DNA of 64,000 nt, from contig CAMAWC010000005.1 in assembly GCA_945861875.1 (NCBI GenBank), forward strand, positions 684 to 64,683. The letters run 5' to 3'. The notes under the pieces were generated by a model that did not search any database, was not told the origin of the DNA, and worked only from the letters and a program-made list of their open reading frames with translations. Of the stretch, positions 9,625 to 18,465 are shown one piece after another. This stretch comes from Bordetella parapertussis. GTDB lineage: Bacteria; Pseudomonadota; Gammaproteobacteria; Burkholderiales; SG8-39. Position numbers and translations under genes: made by a program. The first letter of the stretch is position 1. Each line of letters begins with the position of its first letter.

Positions 9625-10461
9625 ATGAAACTGCTCAGCTTTTCGCGCAACAACAAAGCCACCTGGGGCGTCGCCACCGACGCCGGTGTGATCGACTGCG
9701 GTTCGCTTTTCCCGACGCTGCGCGCAGCGCTCGAGGCCAACGGCCTGGACAAGGTCAAGTCCTTTGCCGCCGGCCGCGCCGCCGACGCCAAACTCACCGA
9801 CATCACCTTCCTGCCGGTGATTCCCGATCCGGGAAAGATCATCTGCGTCGGCCTCAATTACCAGGACCACGTCAAGGAAACCAAGCGCGACAACACCGAA
9901 AATCCGGCCCTCTTTATCCGCATCGCCGAGTCACAGGTCGGGCACAACCAGCCCATCCTGCTGCCGCCCGAGTCGACGCACCTGGATTTTGAATGCGAGA
10001 TCGCCGTGATCATCGGCAAGGCCGGCCGGCGTATTTCGGAAAAGGATTCCTGGTCGCACGTGGCCGGCTACGCGCCCTACAACGACGGCTCGGTCCGCGA
10101 CTGGCAGCGCCACACCATCCAGTGGACGGCGGGCAAGAATTTTTCCAAGACCGGCGGTTTTGGTCCGTGGATGATGACGCGCGACGAAATCGCCGACGAC
10201 GAGGAATTGTCGATCGAGACGCGCCTCAACGGCCAGGTGATGCAGCACTCGACCACCAAGCACATGATTTTCAGCATCCCGGTGCTGATCAAGTACATCA
10301 GCACCTTCACCAGCCTGCAGCCGGGCGACGTGATCGTCACCGGCACGCCCGGCGGCGTCGGCGCGCGGCGCGAACCGCCGGTATGGATGAAGGCCGGCGA
10401 CAAGGTCGAGATCGAACTGGGGAAGGTCGGCACCCTGGTGAACACCATCGCCAAGGAGTAA
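9625..10461 (+). CDS. Fumarylacetoacetate hydrolase (FAH) family protein
   Basis: 278 aa with FAH-domain motifs (KIICVGLNYQDH..., PGDVIVTGTPGGVG). Confidence 0.85.
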   Translation: MKLLSFSRNNKATWGVATDAGVIDCGSLFPTLRAALEANGLDKVKSFAAGRAADAKLTDITFLPVIPDPGKIICVGLNYQDHVKETKRDNTENPALFIRIAESQVGHNQPILLPPESTHLDFECEIAVIIGKAGRRISEKDSWSHVAGYAPYNDGSVRDWQRHTIQWTAGKNFSKTGGFGPWMMTRDEIADDEELSIETRLNGQVMQHSTTKHMIFSIPVLIKYISTFTSLQPGDVIVTGTPGGVGARREPPVWMKAGDKVEIELGKVGTLVNTIAKE

Positions 10462-10486
10462 GGCGTACCGCTATCAGATAGAAGCG

Positions 10487-10586
10487 CCGTCATTCCCGCG
10501 CAAGCGGGAATCCATGGGGTTCGTCGTATAGCGGCCATGCCAACCCCATGGATTCCGGGTTCCGCTACGCGGCCCCGGAATGACGG
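10487..10586. repeat. Single composite REP unit (hairpin A - loop - hairpin B), same family as the 1060-1815 array
   Basis: ccgtcattcccgcgcaagcgggaatccatgggg ... ccccatggattccgggttccgctacgcggccccggaatgacgg. Confidence 0.9.
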
Positions 10587-10600
10587 GAATAGCAGAAAAC

Positions 10601-10627
10601 AAAAAGGGGAGCCAGGCTCCCCTTTTT
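10601..10627. terminator. Bidirectional intrinsic terminator between the FAH gene and fdxA
   Basis: AAAAA-GGGGAG-ccagg-CTCCCC-TTTTT. Confidence 0.7.
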
Positions 10628-10644
10628 GTTTGCGCTATCACCAA

Positions 10645-10968
10645 TCAACGTTCCAGCAGCTTGGCCTTCTCCGTCACCTTCGTCCATTCATCCGCATCGG
10701 CAGGCGCATCCTTGCGCTCTATGAGCGGCGGCCAGTTTCGTGACAGTTCGGCGTTAAGGGCGATAAAGGGGCGCTGCGCCGGCGGCACGTCGTCCTCGGC
10801 AAAAATCGCCTCTACCGGGCATTCGGCGACACAAAGGGTGCAGTCGATGCATTCCTCCGGGTCGATGACCAGCATATTGGGGCCCTCGCGAAAGCAGTCG
10901 ACCGGACAGACATCGACGCAGTCGGTGTACTTGCACTTGATGCAGCTTTCGGTAACGACGTAGGTCAT
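10645..10968 (-). CDS. fdxA: 7Fe ferredoxin (Azotobacter type)
   Basis: 107 aa: [26 protein letters not shown]...[12 protein letters not shown]. Confidence 0.95.
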   Translation of the reverse strand: MTYVVTESCIKCKYTDCVDVCPVDCFREGPNMLVIDPEECIDCTLCVAECPVEAIFAEDDVPPAQRPFIALNAELSRNWPPLIERKDAPADADEWTKVTEKAKLLER

Positions 10969-11196
10969 GCGCGTTCTTTCCTGGTACGTAGTGCATGTAA
11001 GGCATTAACAGAAGGCATTAACAGGCTTCAAATTTTACCATGCGCCCCCAATCTGGAACCGGTGACGGGACGGGCGCACCGATGGCCTCGGCCGATTTTT
11101 GATAGCATAGTCACCCAGGGCGGCTTTTCCCCGGCCGCCGCTACCCCCCCCCAAGGCAATCCGCACGAATTTCCCAAAAACGAGGCATAAACTTAC

Positions 11197-11523
11197 ATGA
11201 GCGAGAACATCCTGCACGTCACCGATTCGACCTTCGAACCCGAGGTGCTCAAATCCGACCTACCCGTCCTGGTCGACTACTGGGCGGAATGGTGCGGTCC
11301 GTGCAAAGCCATCGCACCGATGCTCGAAGAGGTGGCCAAGGACTACGGCGGCAAGATCCGCATCGCCAAGCTCAATGTGGACGAGAATTCGGCCACTGCG
11401 ACCAAGTACGGCATTCGCGGCATCCCGACGCTGATGCTGTTCAAGGCCGGCGACGTGGCGGCGCAAAAGATCGGCGCCCTGTCAAAATCCCAGCTAACCG
11501 CCTTTCTTGACAGCAATATCTAA
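11197..11523 (+). CDS. trxA: Thioredoxin
   Basis: 108 aa with the WCGPC active site. Confidence 0.95.
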   Translation: MSENILHVTDSTFEPEVLKSDLPVLVDYWAEWCGPCKAIAPMLEEVAKDYGGKIRIAKLNVDENSATATKYGIRGIPTLMLFKAGDVAAQKIGALSKSQLTAFLDSNI

Positions 11524-11722
11524 ACCCCCTATCCTCCGCCTGAACGTGTCGCAAACAAAAGCAAGCAAGATGCGACGCAAGCCCCCCGCACTACCCCATG
11601 CCCTATGACAGCGTTTCAAGGCGTTTTGGCGGGTATTCGGGGCGCACCAATTCCTTCTCGGCTTTACCCGTTCCATCCCCGGTCCCCTGCGGATCCTTCT
11701 TTCGGCACACGCTAAACAATCT

Positions 11723-12982
11723 ATGTATTTATCAGAGCTCAAGAGCCTGCACGTCAGTGCATTGCTCGACATGGCAACCACCAATGAAATCGAGGGTGCC
11801 AACCGCCTGCGCAAGCAGGAACTGATCTTCGCCCTGCTCAAGCACCTGTCGAAAAAAGGCGAACCGATTTTTGGCGACGGCACGCTCGAAGTGCTGCCAG
11901 ACGGCTTCGGCTTCCTGCGCTCGCCCGACACCTCCTACCTCGCCTCGACCGACGACATTTACGTCTCGCCGTCGCAGATCCGCCGCTTCAACCTGCACAC
12001 CGGCGACACCATCGAGGGTGAAATCCGCACCCCCAAGGACGGCGAGCGCTACTTCGCCCTGGTAAAGGTGGACAAGGTCAACGCCGATGCGCCCGAAGCG
12101 TCCAAGCACAAGATCCTCTTTGAAAACCTCACGCCGCTGCACCCGGACAAGATCCTCAAGCTCGAGCGCGACATCAAGAGCGAAGAGAACATCACCGGCC
12201 GCATCATCGACATCATCGCGCCCATCGGCAAGGGCCAGCGCGGCCTGATCGTCTCGCCGCCCAAGGCCGGCAAGACGGTGCTGATGCAGCAACTGGCGCA
12301 CGCCATCACCACCAATTACCCCGAGACCGTGCTGATCGTGCTGCTCATCGACGAGCGCCCGGAAGAGGTCACGGAAATGACCCGTTCGGTAAAAGGCGAG
12401 GTGGTTGCCTCGACCTTTGACGAACCGGCCACGCGCCACGTGCAGGTCGCCGAGATGGTGATCGAAAAAGCCAAGCGCCTGGTCGAGCACAAGAAAGACG
12501 TCGTCATCCTGCTCGACTCGATTACCCGCCTCGCCCGCGCCTACAACACCGTGGTGCCGGCATCGGGCAAGGTGCTCACCGGCGGCGTGGACGCCAACGC
12601 ATTGCAGCGGCCAAAGCGCTTTTTCGGCGCCGCGCGCAACGTCGAGGAAGGCGGTTCGCTCACCATCATCGCCACCGCCCTCATCGACACCGGCAGCCGC
12701 ATGGACGACGTGATCTACGAAGAGTTCAAGGGCACCGGCAACATGGAAATCCATCTTGACCGGCGCATGTACGAAAAGCGCATTTTCCCGGCCATCAACG
12801 TCAATCGCTCCGGCACGCGCCGCGAAGAATTGCTGATCGAAAAGGACATCCTGCAAAAGGTCTGGGTGTTGAGGAAACTGCTCTATCCCATGGACGACCT
12901 CGAAGCGGCGGAATTCCTCGTCGACAAGGTCAAGGCAACCAAGACCAATTCGGACTTTTTCGATTCGATGCGGCGCGGCTGA
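11723..12982 (+). CDS. rho: Transcription termination factor Rho
   Basis: 419 aa. N-terminal [18 protein letters not shown]..., Walker [18 protein letters not shown], and typical length. Confidence 0.97.
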   Translation: MYLSELKSLHVSALLDMATTNEIEGANRLRKQELIFALLKHLSKKGEPIFGDGTLEVLPDGFGFLRSPDTSYLASTDDIYVSPSQIRRFNLHTGDTIEGEIRTPKDGERYFALVKVDKVNADAPEASKHKILFENLTPLHPDKILKLERDIKSEENITGRIIDIIAPIGKGQRGLIVSPPKAGKTVLMQQLAHAITTNYPETVLIVLLIDERPEEVTEMTRSVKGEVVASTFDEPATRHVQVAEMVIEKAKRLVEHKKDVVILLDSITRLARAYNTVVPASGKVLTGGVDANALQRPKRFFGAARNVEEGGSLTIIATALIDTGSRMDDVIYEEFKGTGNMEIHLDRRMYEKRIFPAINVNRSGTRREELLIEKDILQKVWVLRKLLYPMDDLEAAEFLVDKVKATKTNSDFFDSMRRG

Positions 12983-13061
12983 TTGGCCGGCACGGAATGC
13001 CGAACCGGTTGATAAGTCCCTGATTTAATTCCGGTCGAAAGCCTGCGACAAACGGCCATGT

Positions 13062-13090
13062 TTGCCAAAACCGGCAAAAACAGGCATACT
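13062..13090 (+). promoter_or_regulatory. Candidate sigma70 promoter for rpmE (TTGCCA-N17-CATACT)
   Basis: The hexamers have 17-nt spacing and lie about 80 nt upstream of the rpmE ATG. The call is by motif only. Confidence 0.3.
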
Positions 13091-13170
13091 GCGGCACTTT
13101 TTTACAGCCTCGAAACGCCAAGGGCCATTCCGGCCGGTGAAACCGAGGCAACACCCCGAAAGGAAGCACC

Positions 13171-13440
13171 ATGAAAACCGGCATCCATCCCGAATACCAC
13201 CAGATCAAGGTCACCTGCAGCTGCGGCGCGACCTTTGAAACGCGCTCGACCAACAGCAAGCCGCTGACGGTTGAGGTCTGCTCCGCCTGCCACCCGTTCT
13301 ATACCGGCAAGCAGAAGATCCTCGACACCGCCGGCCGCGTCGAGAAATTCAAGAACAAATACGCCAGCACGGCGACCAAGGCCAAGGCCAAGGCCGACAA
13401 GGCGGCTGCCGCCGCAGCTGCGCCGGAAGCCGCTGCTTGA
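13171..13440 (+). CDS. rpmE: 50S ribosomal protein L31 (Cys-containing form) with an Ala/Lys-rich C-terminal tail
   Basis: [19 protein letters not shown]...[14 protein letters not shown]... followed by ...[21 protein letters not shown]. Confidence 0.9.
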   Translation: MKTGIHPEYHQIKVTCSCGATFETRSTNSKPLTVEVCSACHPFYTGKQKILDTAGRVEKFKNKYASTATKAKAKADKAAAAAAAPEAAA

Positions 13441-13460
13441 GCGCAGGCATCATCCAGAGA

Positions 13461-13484
13461 AAAGGCAGCTTCGGCTGCCTTTTT
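13461..13484 (+). terminator. Intrinsic terminator after rpmE
   Basis: AAA-GGCAGC-ttcg-GCTGCC-TTTTT (UUCG loop). Confidence 0.75.
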
Positions 13485-13496
13485 AATTGGTAAGCC

Positions 13497-14921
13497 ATGT
13501 TGTTGCGCGGCATAGCATCGCTTTGCCTGCTGGCGCTGCTTTGCGCCTGCGCCACCAATCCTGTCACCGGCGGCAGCGACTTTGTGCTGATGTCGGAGGC
13601 CGAGGAACTCAATGTCGGCCGCAAGGCCGACCAGGACATCAAAAAACAGTACGCCTTGTATGACGAGAACGGCATTGCCGCCTATGTCAGCGAGATCGGC
13701 CAGCGCGCCGCCGCGGCCAGCCACCGCCCCGGTCTCAGCTATCGGTTTACCGTGCTCGATACCACCGAGATCAACGCCTTTGCCCTGCCCGGCGGCTACA
13801 TATACATCACCCGCGGCCTGATGGCCTTTTTGAACTCGGAGGCCGAACTCGCGGCGGTGCTGGGCCATGAAATCGGCCACGTCACGGCGCGGCACAGCGT
13901 GCGCCAGATGAGCGCGGCGCAAAGCGCCGACATCCTGATCACGATCGCCTCCGTACTGAGCCCGTCCCTGCGCAACGAGGCGGCGCAGAGCGTCACCGGG
14001 CTGCTGGGCAATGCGCTGCTCTCGGGCTACGGTCGCGACCACGAACTGGAGGCCGACCGGCTCGGCGCCGAATACCTCGCCCGCACCGGCTACGATCCGC
14101 AGGCGATGATCCGCGTCATCGGCGTGCTGAAGAACCAGGAATTGTTCGACGCGCAGCTGGCCAAGCAGGAGGGGCGCGAGCCGCGCGCCTACCACGGCGT
14201 GTTCGAGAGCCATCCGGACAACGACACGCGGCTGCAACAGACCGTGAGCGCATCGGAGAAGTTGCGCGCCGGCGCCTGCGGCGACGGGCGCGAGGAGTTT
14301 CTCAAACGCACCAATGGCATGATTTACGGCGACAGTCCGCGCGACGGCATCCTGCGCAACGGCGTTTTTTACCATACCGGCCTCGGCCTCGCGCTAACCC
14401 CGCCGCGCGACTGGCGCGTACAAAACCTGCCCGACCGGTTGATAATGGTCGCACCCGGCGGCGACACCCGCCTCGTCGTGCGCCTGCAACCCAAACCCAA
14501 CAAGGAACCCATCGCCGTGCTGCGCGCCAACAGCCAGATTGGCAAGGACATTGAAACGACCCCGGTCAACGGCCTGCCGGCCGCGGCTGCGACCGGACAA
14601 GCCGTCGTCGCCGCGGTGGTGTACCTTGGCGACAACATGATCACCTTCAACGCCGCCTCAAAATCAGCCAACATCAGCGCGGCGCACGCGCGTGCCGCGC
14701 GCGACACCATACGCAGCTTCCACCGCATGAGCGACGCCGAGCGGGCGCTGGCCAAGCCGCTGCGCTTGAAGACCATCAGCGCCGGCGCGACCACCCGCTT
14801 CGCCGACCTCGCCGCAAACTCGCCGCTGGGCACCAACGCCGAGACCCTGCTGCGCCTGATCAACGGCGCTTACCCCAGCGGCGAAGCGCGCGAAGGCCAG
14901 TTGCTCAAGGTGGTCGAGTAA
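13497..14921 (+). CDS. M48 family metallopeptidase, probable lipoprotein
   Basis: 474 aa. Signal/lipobox-like LLALLCACA and zinc motif HEIGH. Confidence 0.8.
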   Translation: MLLRGIASLCLLALLCACATNPVTGGSDFVLMSEAEELNVGRKADQDIKKQYALYDENGIAAYVSEIGQRAAAASHRPGLSYRFTVLDTTEINAFALPGGYIYITRGLMAFLNSEAELAAVLGHEIGHVTARHSVRQMSAAQSADILITIASVLSPSLRNEAAQSVTGLLGNALLSGYGRDHELEADRLGAEYLARTGYDPQAMIRVIGVLKNQELFDAQLAKQEGREPRAYHGVFESHPDNDTRLQQTVSASEKLRAGACGDGREEFLKRTNGMIYGDSPRDGILRNGVFYHTGLGLALTPPRDWRVQNLPDRLIMVAPGGDTRLVVRLQPKPNKEPIAVLRANSQIGKDIETTPVNGLPAAAATGQAVVAAVVYLGDNMITFNAASKSANISAAHARAARDTIRSFHRMSDAERALAKPLRLKTISAGATTRFADLAANSPLGTNAETLLRLINGAYPSGEAREGQLLKVVE

Positions 14922-16540
14922 TGCGCACCATTCCACTGCCCCTGCCCGGCGCGCTAATCGCGCTGCTTGCCGCCGCCTACATCCTGCCCGGGCTGGTCGG
15001 CCACGACCCGTGGAAGGTCGAGGATGCCATCGGCATCGGCATCGTCCACCAGTTCATGAGCGGCGGCAACTGGCTGATGCCGCATCTCGCCGGGGAACCC
15101 TACTTCGAGGACGGACCGCTGTTTTTCTGGCTCGGCGCAGCGCTGGCAAAACTGCTGGGCGGGGTGTTTGCCGTGCACGATGCGGCGCGGCTCACCTGCG
15201 CACTCGCGATGGCGGGCACCTTTGCCTTCATACGCCTTGCCGGCAAGGAATTGCTCGGCCCGGTACAGGGCAATACGGCGGTGCTGGCGCTGTTGGGATG
15301 CCTCGGCCTGCTCGTACATTCGCATGAAATGGTCGCCGACACCGGCGCGCTGGCCGGGCTCGCCGCGGCCTACTGGGGCATTGCCCTGGCACGCGATGCG
15401 GCAACGCCGCGGCGCTTTTGCAGCGCCGTGCTCGCCATCGGTGCGGGCATCGCGGTGGCGCTGCTGTGCAAGGACCCGGTCGCCGCGTTTGCGCCCTTCT
15501 TTACCGCGCTGATGCTGCCGGTCATTGCGCGCGACTGGCGCAACCGGCGCAGCATCACGGCCATGGCCGGCGGCCTCGCTCTGGCGATGGGTGCCTCGGC
15601 CGCGTGGCTCGCCGCACTGCACGCACAATCACCACAGCTGATGACCGGCTGGCTCAGCGCCGCATTCAGGCCCACCAACGATCCGTGGTACTCGCAGTTG
15701 CTGATGCTGGTCTGGGCGGCCTGGCCGGCCTGGCCGCTCGCATTATGGGAATTGTGGCGCCGGCGGCACGCCTTTGCCGTGCCCTCGGTGCAGTTGCCGC
15801 TGGTCGCGCTGGTGGCATCCATGGCGGCCTTGTTTGTGTTCGCGCCGGAAGCACGCGACATTGAGGCGCTGCCGGTGCTGCTGCCGCTTGCCCTGCTCGC
15901 CGGCAGCGCAGTGGATGCGCTGCGCCGCGGCGCGGCCAATGCACTGACCTGGTTCGGCATCATGACCTTTACCCTGGGCGGGCTTTTGGTATGGCTGGGC
16001 TGGTTTGCCATGATGACCGGATTCCCGCCGGACATCGCGCACAACTTTGCCAAGCTTGAGCCCGGTTTCCAGCCAAGGTTCGCCTTATTCCCCTTTGCGG
16101 TGGCGCTGGCGGTGAGTGTCGCCTGGACCGCGCTGATGGTGGGCGCAGTGCGCTCATCGCACCGCAGCCTGACGTTCTGGGCCGGTGGCATGACCCTGGT
16201 CTGGGCGCTGATGATGACGCTGCTGCTGCCCTGGATAGACTATGGCAAGACCTACGCCGGTGTCGCCACCTCGCTCAAGCGCGCCCTGCCAGCCGGATCA
16301 CAGGCGGCCGGCGCATGCATACAGAGCAGCGGCATGGGCGAAGCACAACGTGCCGCCTTCCACTACCATGCCGGCATTGTCACGCGCCGCAACGAAGTGT
16401 CGAAAAATCCGCAATGCGCGCTGCTGCTGGTACAGTCGGGGCCGGCTGAAACCGCCCCCGCCGGCTGGGTGCGCATCTGGGAAGGTCGGCGCCCGCGCGA
16501 CAATGAGCGCTACCGGCTGTACACCAGACAGAAAAAATAA
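14921..16540 (+). CDS. Glycosyltransferase family 39 / ArnT-like polytopic membrane protein
   Basis: 539 aa, very hydrophobic. The N-terminus (ILPGLVGHDPWKVEDAIGIGI...EPYFEDGPLFFWL) resembles the PMT/ArnT family. Its start shares a base with the upstream stop (TAATG). Confidence 0.6.
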   Translation: MRTIPLPLPGALIALLAAAYILPGLVGHDPWKVEDAIGIGIVHQFMSGGNWLMPHLAGEPYFEDGPLFFWLGAALAKLLGGVFAVHDAARLTCALAMAGTFAFIRLAGKELLGPVQGNTAVLALLGCLGLLVHSHEMVADTGALAGLAAAYWGIALARDAATPRRFCSAVLAIGAGIAVALLCKDPVAAFAPFFTALMLPVIARDWRNRRSITAMAGGLALAMGASAAWLAALHAQSPQLMTGWLSAAFRPTNDPWYSQLLMLVWAAWPAWPLALWELWRRRHAFAVPSVQLPLVALVASMAALFVFAPEARDIEALPVLLPLALLAGSAVDALRRGAANALTWFGIMTFTLGGLLVWLGWFAMMTGFPPDIAHNFAKLEPGFQPRFALFPFAVALAVSVAWTALMVGAVRSSHRSLTFWAGGMTLVWALMMTLLLPWIDYGKTYAGVATSLKRALPAGSQAAGACIQSSGMGEAQRAAFHYHAGIVTRRNEVSKNPQCALLLVQSGPAETAPAGWVRIWEGRRPRDNERYRLYTRQKK

Positions 16541-16571
16541 CGGCCTTGAGCGCCAGAAAAACCAGCCCGCC

Positions 16572-18140
16572 ATGTCCCGCCTGACCCAAAGCCCCGCCTG
16601 GATTGCGCTCGAGAGCCATGCCGAAGCGCTCGAGGACGTGCGCCTTGCCGACATGTTCAGACTCGATGCCAAACGCGCCGGGCGCTTTTCGCTCGAGGCG
16701 GCCGGGCTGTTCCTCGATTACTCGAAGCAGCGCATCACCGCGGAGACCATCACCCACCTCACCGCCCTCGCGCAGCATGCGCAGCTTGCCGGCTGGACTG
16801 AAAAACTGTTCTCCGGAAAGACTGTTAACGACACTGAAAAACGCACGGCAATGCACCCGGCCTTGCGTGGCGCACCCGGTGAGTTTTCCGCGGAATACGC
16901 TGAAAAGATTGCTGCGACCCTGGCGCAAATGCGCGGCTTTGTCGATGCCGCACGCAGCGGCGCCCTGCGCGGGCACTCCGGTTCACCGATAAAAACCATC
17001 GTCAACATCGGCATCGGCGGCTCCGACCTGGGTCCGCGCCTTGCTGTGCGTGCCTTGCGTGGCCACGCCGCAGGCTCACCGCAACTGCGCTTTGTCGCCA
17101 ATGGCGACCCGGCCGACCTCGCGGCAGCCATCGCCGGCCTCGACCCGGCGTCAACGTTTTTTATCGTCTCGTCGAAAACTTTCAGCACTGCCGAAACGCT
17201 GGCCAATGCCCATGCCGCAAAGGCCTGGCTCAAGCACGCCGGCCTGGAGAGCACGGGGCACTTTGCCGCGGTAAGCGCGAACAAGGCCGGCGCCCAAGCC
17301 TTTGGCATTGCGGCAGAGCGCTGCTTCCCGATGTGGGACTGGGTCGGCGGGCGCTACTCGGTGTGGTCGGCGATCGGCCTGCCTGTTGCCATCGCGATCG
17401 GCATGGCGGGGTTCGAAGCCTTCCTCGCCGGGGCGCGCGACATGGACCGCCATTTTCGTACTGCCCCTCCCGAGGCCAACATGCCCGCGCTGCTTGGCAT
17501 GCTTGGCGTGTGGAACGTCAATTTTTTTGGCGCCGGGACACAGGCCATCCTGCCCTACGCCGAGGACTTGCGCGACTTTCCCGCCTACCTGCAGCAACTG
17601 GAGATGGAGTCCAACGGCAAGCACATCGACCGCGACGGCAAGGCGGTGGATTACGACACCGTGCCGGTGGTCTGGGGCAAGGCCGGGAGCAACGGGCAGC
17701 ATGCGTTTCACCAGATGCTGCACCAGGGCACGCATCTGGTCCCGAGCGACTTTATCGTCTGTGCGCAGGGGGAAGAAAACCGCGAACAACATGACTTGCT
17801 GCTCGCCAACGCACTGGCCCAGTCGGCCGCCCTCGCCTTTGGCGAAAAAGGCGCAAAGGCCTACCAGACCTGCCCGGGCAACCAGCCATCAAACACCCTA
17901 GTGTTGCCCGAATTGTCGCCGCACGCGCTGGGCGCGCTGCTCGCACTCTATGAGCACAAGGTCTTTGTGCAAAGTGTAATATGGAACATCAACCCGTTCG
18001 ACCAGTGGGGTGTTGAACTGGGCAAAAAAATCGCCGGCGGGCTGCTGCCCGCGTTCGGCGGCGGCGCCCTGCCCGAGCATACCGACGCCTCGACCCGCCA
18101 ATTGCTGGCACGGCTCGCCCGCCGCAAAAAGCCGCTTTGA
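16572..18140 (+). CDS. pgi: Glucose-6-phosphate isomerase
   Basis: Track ORF 16242..18140 trimmed to MSRLTQSPAWIALESHAE.... Motifs IGIGGSDLGP and QHAFHQ are present. Confidence 0.93.
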   Translation: MSRLTQSPAWIALESHAEALEDVRLADMFRLDAKRAGRFSLEAAGLFLDYSKQRITAETITHLTALAQHAQLAGWTEKLFSGKTVNDTEKRTAMHPALRGAPGEFSAEYAEKIAATLAQMRGFVDAARSGALRGHSGSPIKTIVNIGIGGSDLGPRLAVRALRGHAAGSPQLRFVANGDPADLAAAIAGLDPASTFFIVSSKTFSTAETLANAHAAKAWLKHAGLESTGHFAAVSANKAGAQAFGIAAERCFPMWDWVGGRYSVWSAIGLPVAIAIGMAGFEAFLAGARDMDRHFRTAPPEANMPALLGMLGVWNVNFFGAGTQAILPYAEDLRDFPAYLQQLEMESNGKHIDRDGKAVDYDTVPVVWGKAGSNGQHAFHQMLHQGTHLVPSDFIVCAQGEENREQHDLLLANALAQSAALAFGEKGAKAYQTCPGNQPSNTLVLPELSPHALGALLALYEHKVFVQSVIWNINPFDQWGVELGKKIAGGLLPAFGGGALPEHTDASTRQLLARLARRKKPL

Positions 18141-18187
18141 ATTAGACTGGCCGCGCCTGGCCAGAAAACAGCCAAAGGGAGCGTTAC

Positions 18188-18394
18188 GTGAACGAAGAAA
18201 CATTCAACCTGAGCATACGCAAATTCCTCAAGACCGTGGGTGTCGGTTCACAGCGTGAAATCGAGCGTGCGGTCGATGAAGCACGCGCCAAGGGGACAAT
18301 CACCGGGAACGAATCGTTTCCGGTGCAGGTCAGGCTGGATATCCCCGGCCTGAAGGTTTCCGTCCAGTTTGACGGCAAGATCGAACTAGGCTGA
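18188..18394 (+). CDS. Small conserved hypothetical protein (68 aa)
   Basis: GTG start. MNEETFNLSIRKFLKTVGVGSQREIERAVDEARAKG.... Coding-like composition in a gap between pgi and the oxidase gene. Function unknown. Confidence 0.5.
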   Translation: MNEETFNLSIRKFLKTVGVGSQREIERAVDEARAKGTITGNESFPVQVRLDIPGLKVSVQFDGKIELG

Positions 18395-18465
18395 GACCTG
18401 CAGCAACAACGCAGGCCGCAAGCGCCCGGGGCAGCCCCGGCAGCGGCATTCTTAACGGAGACACC

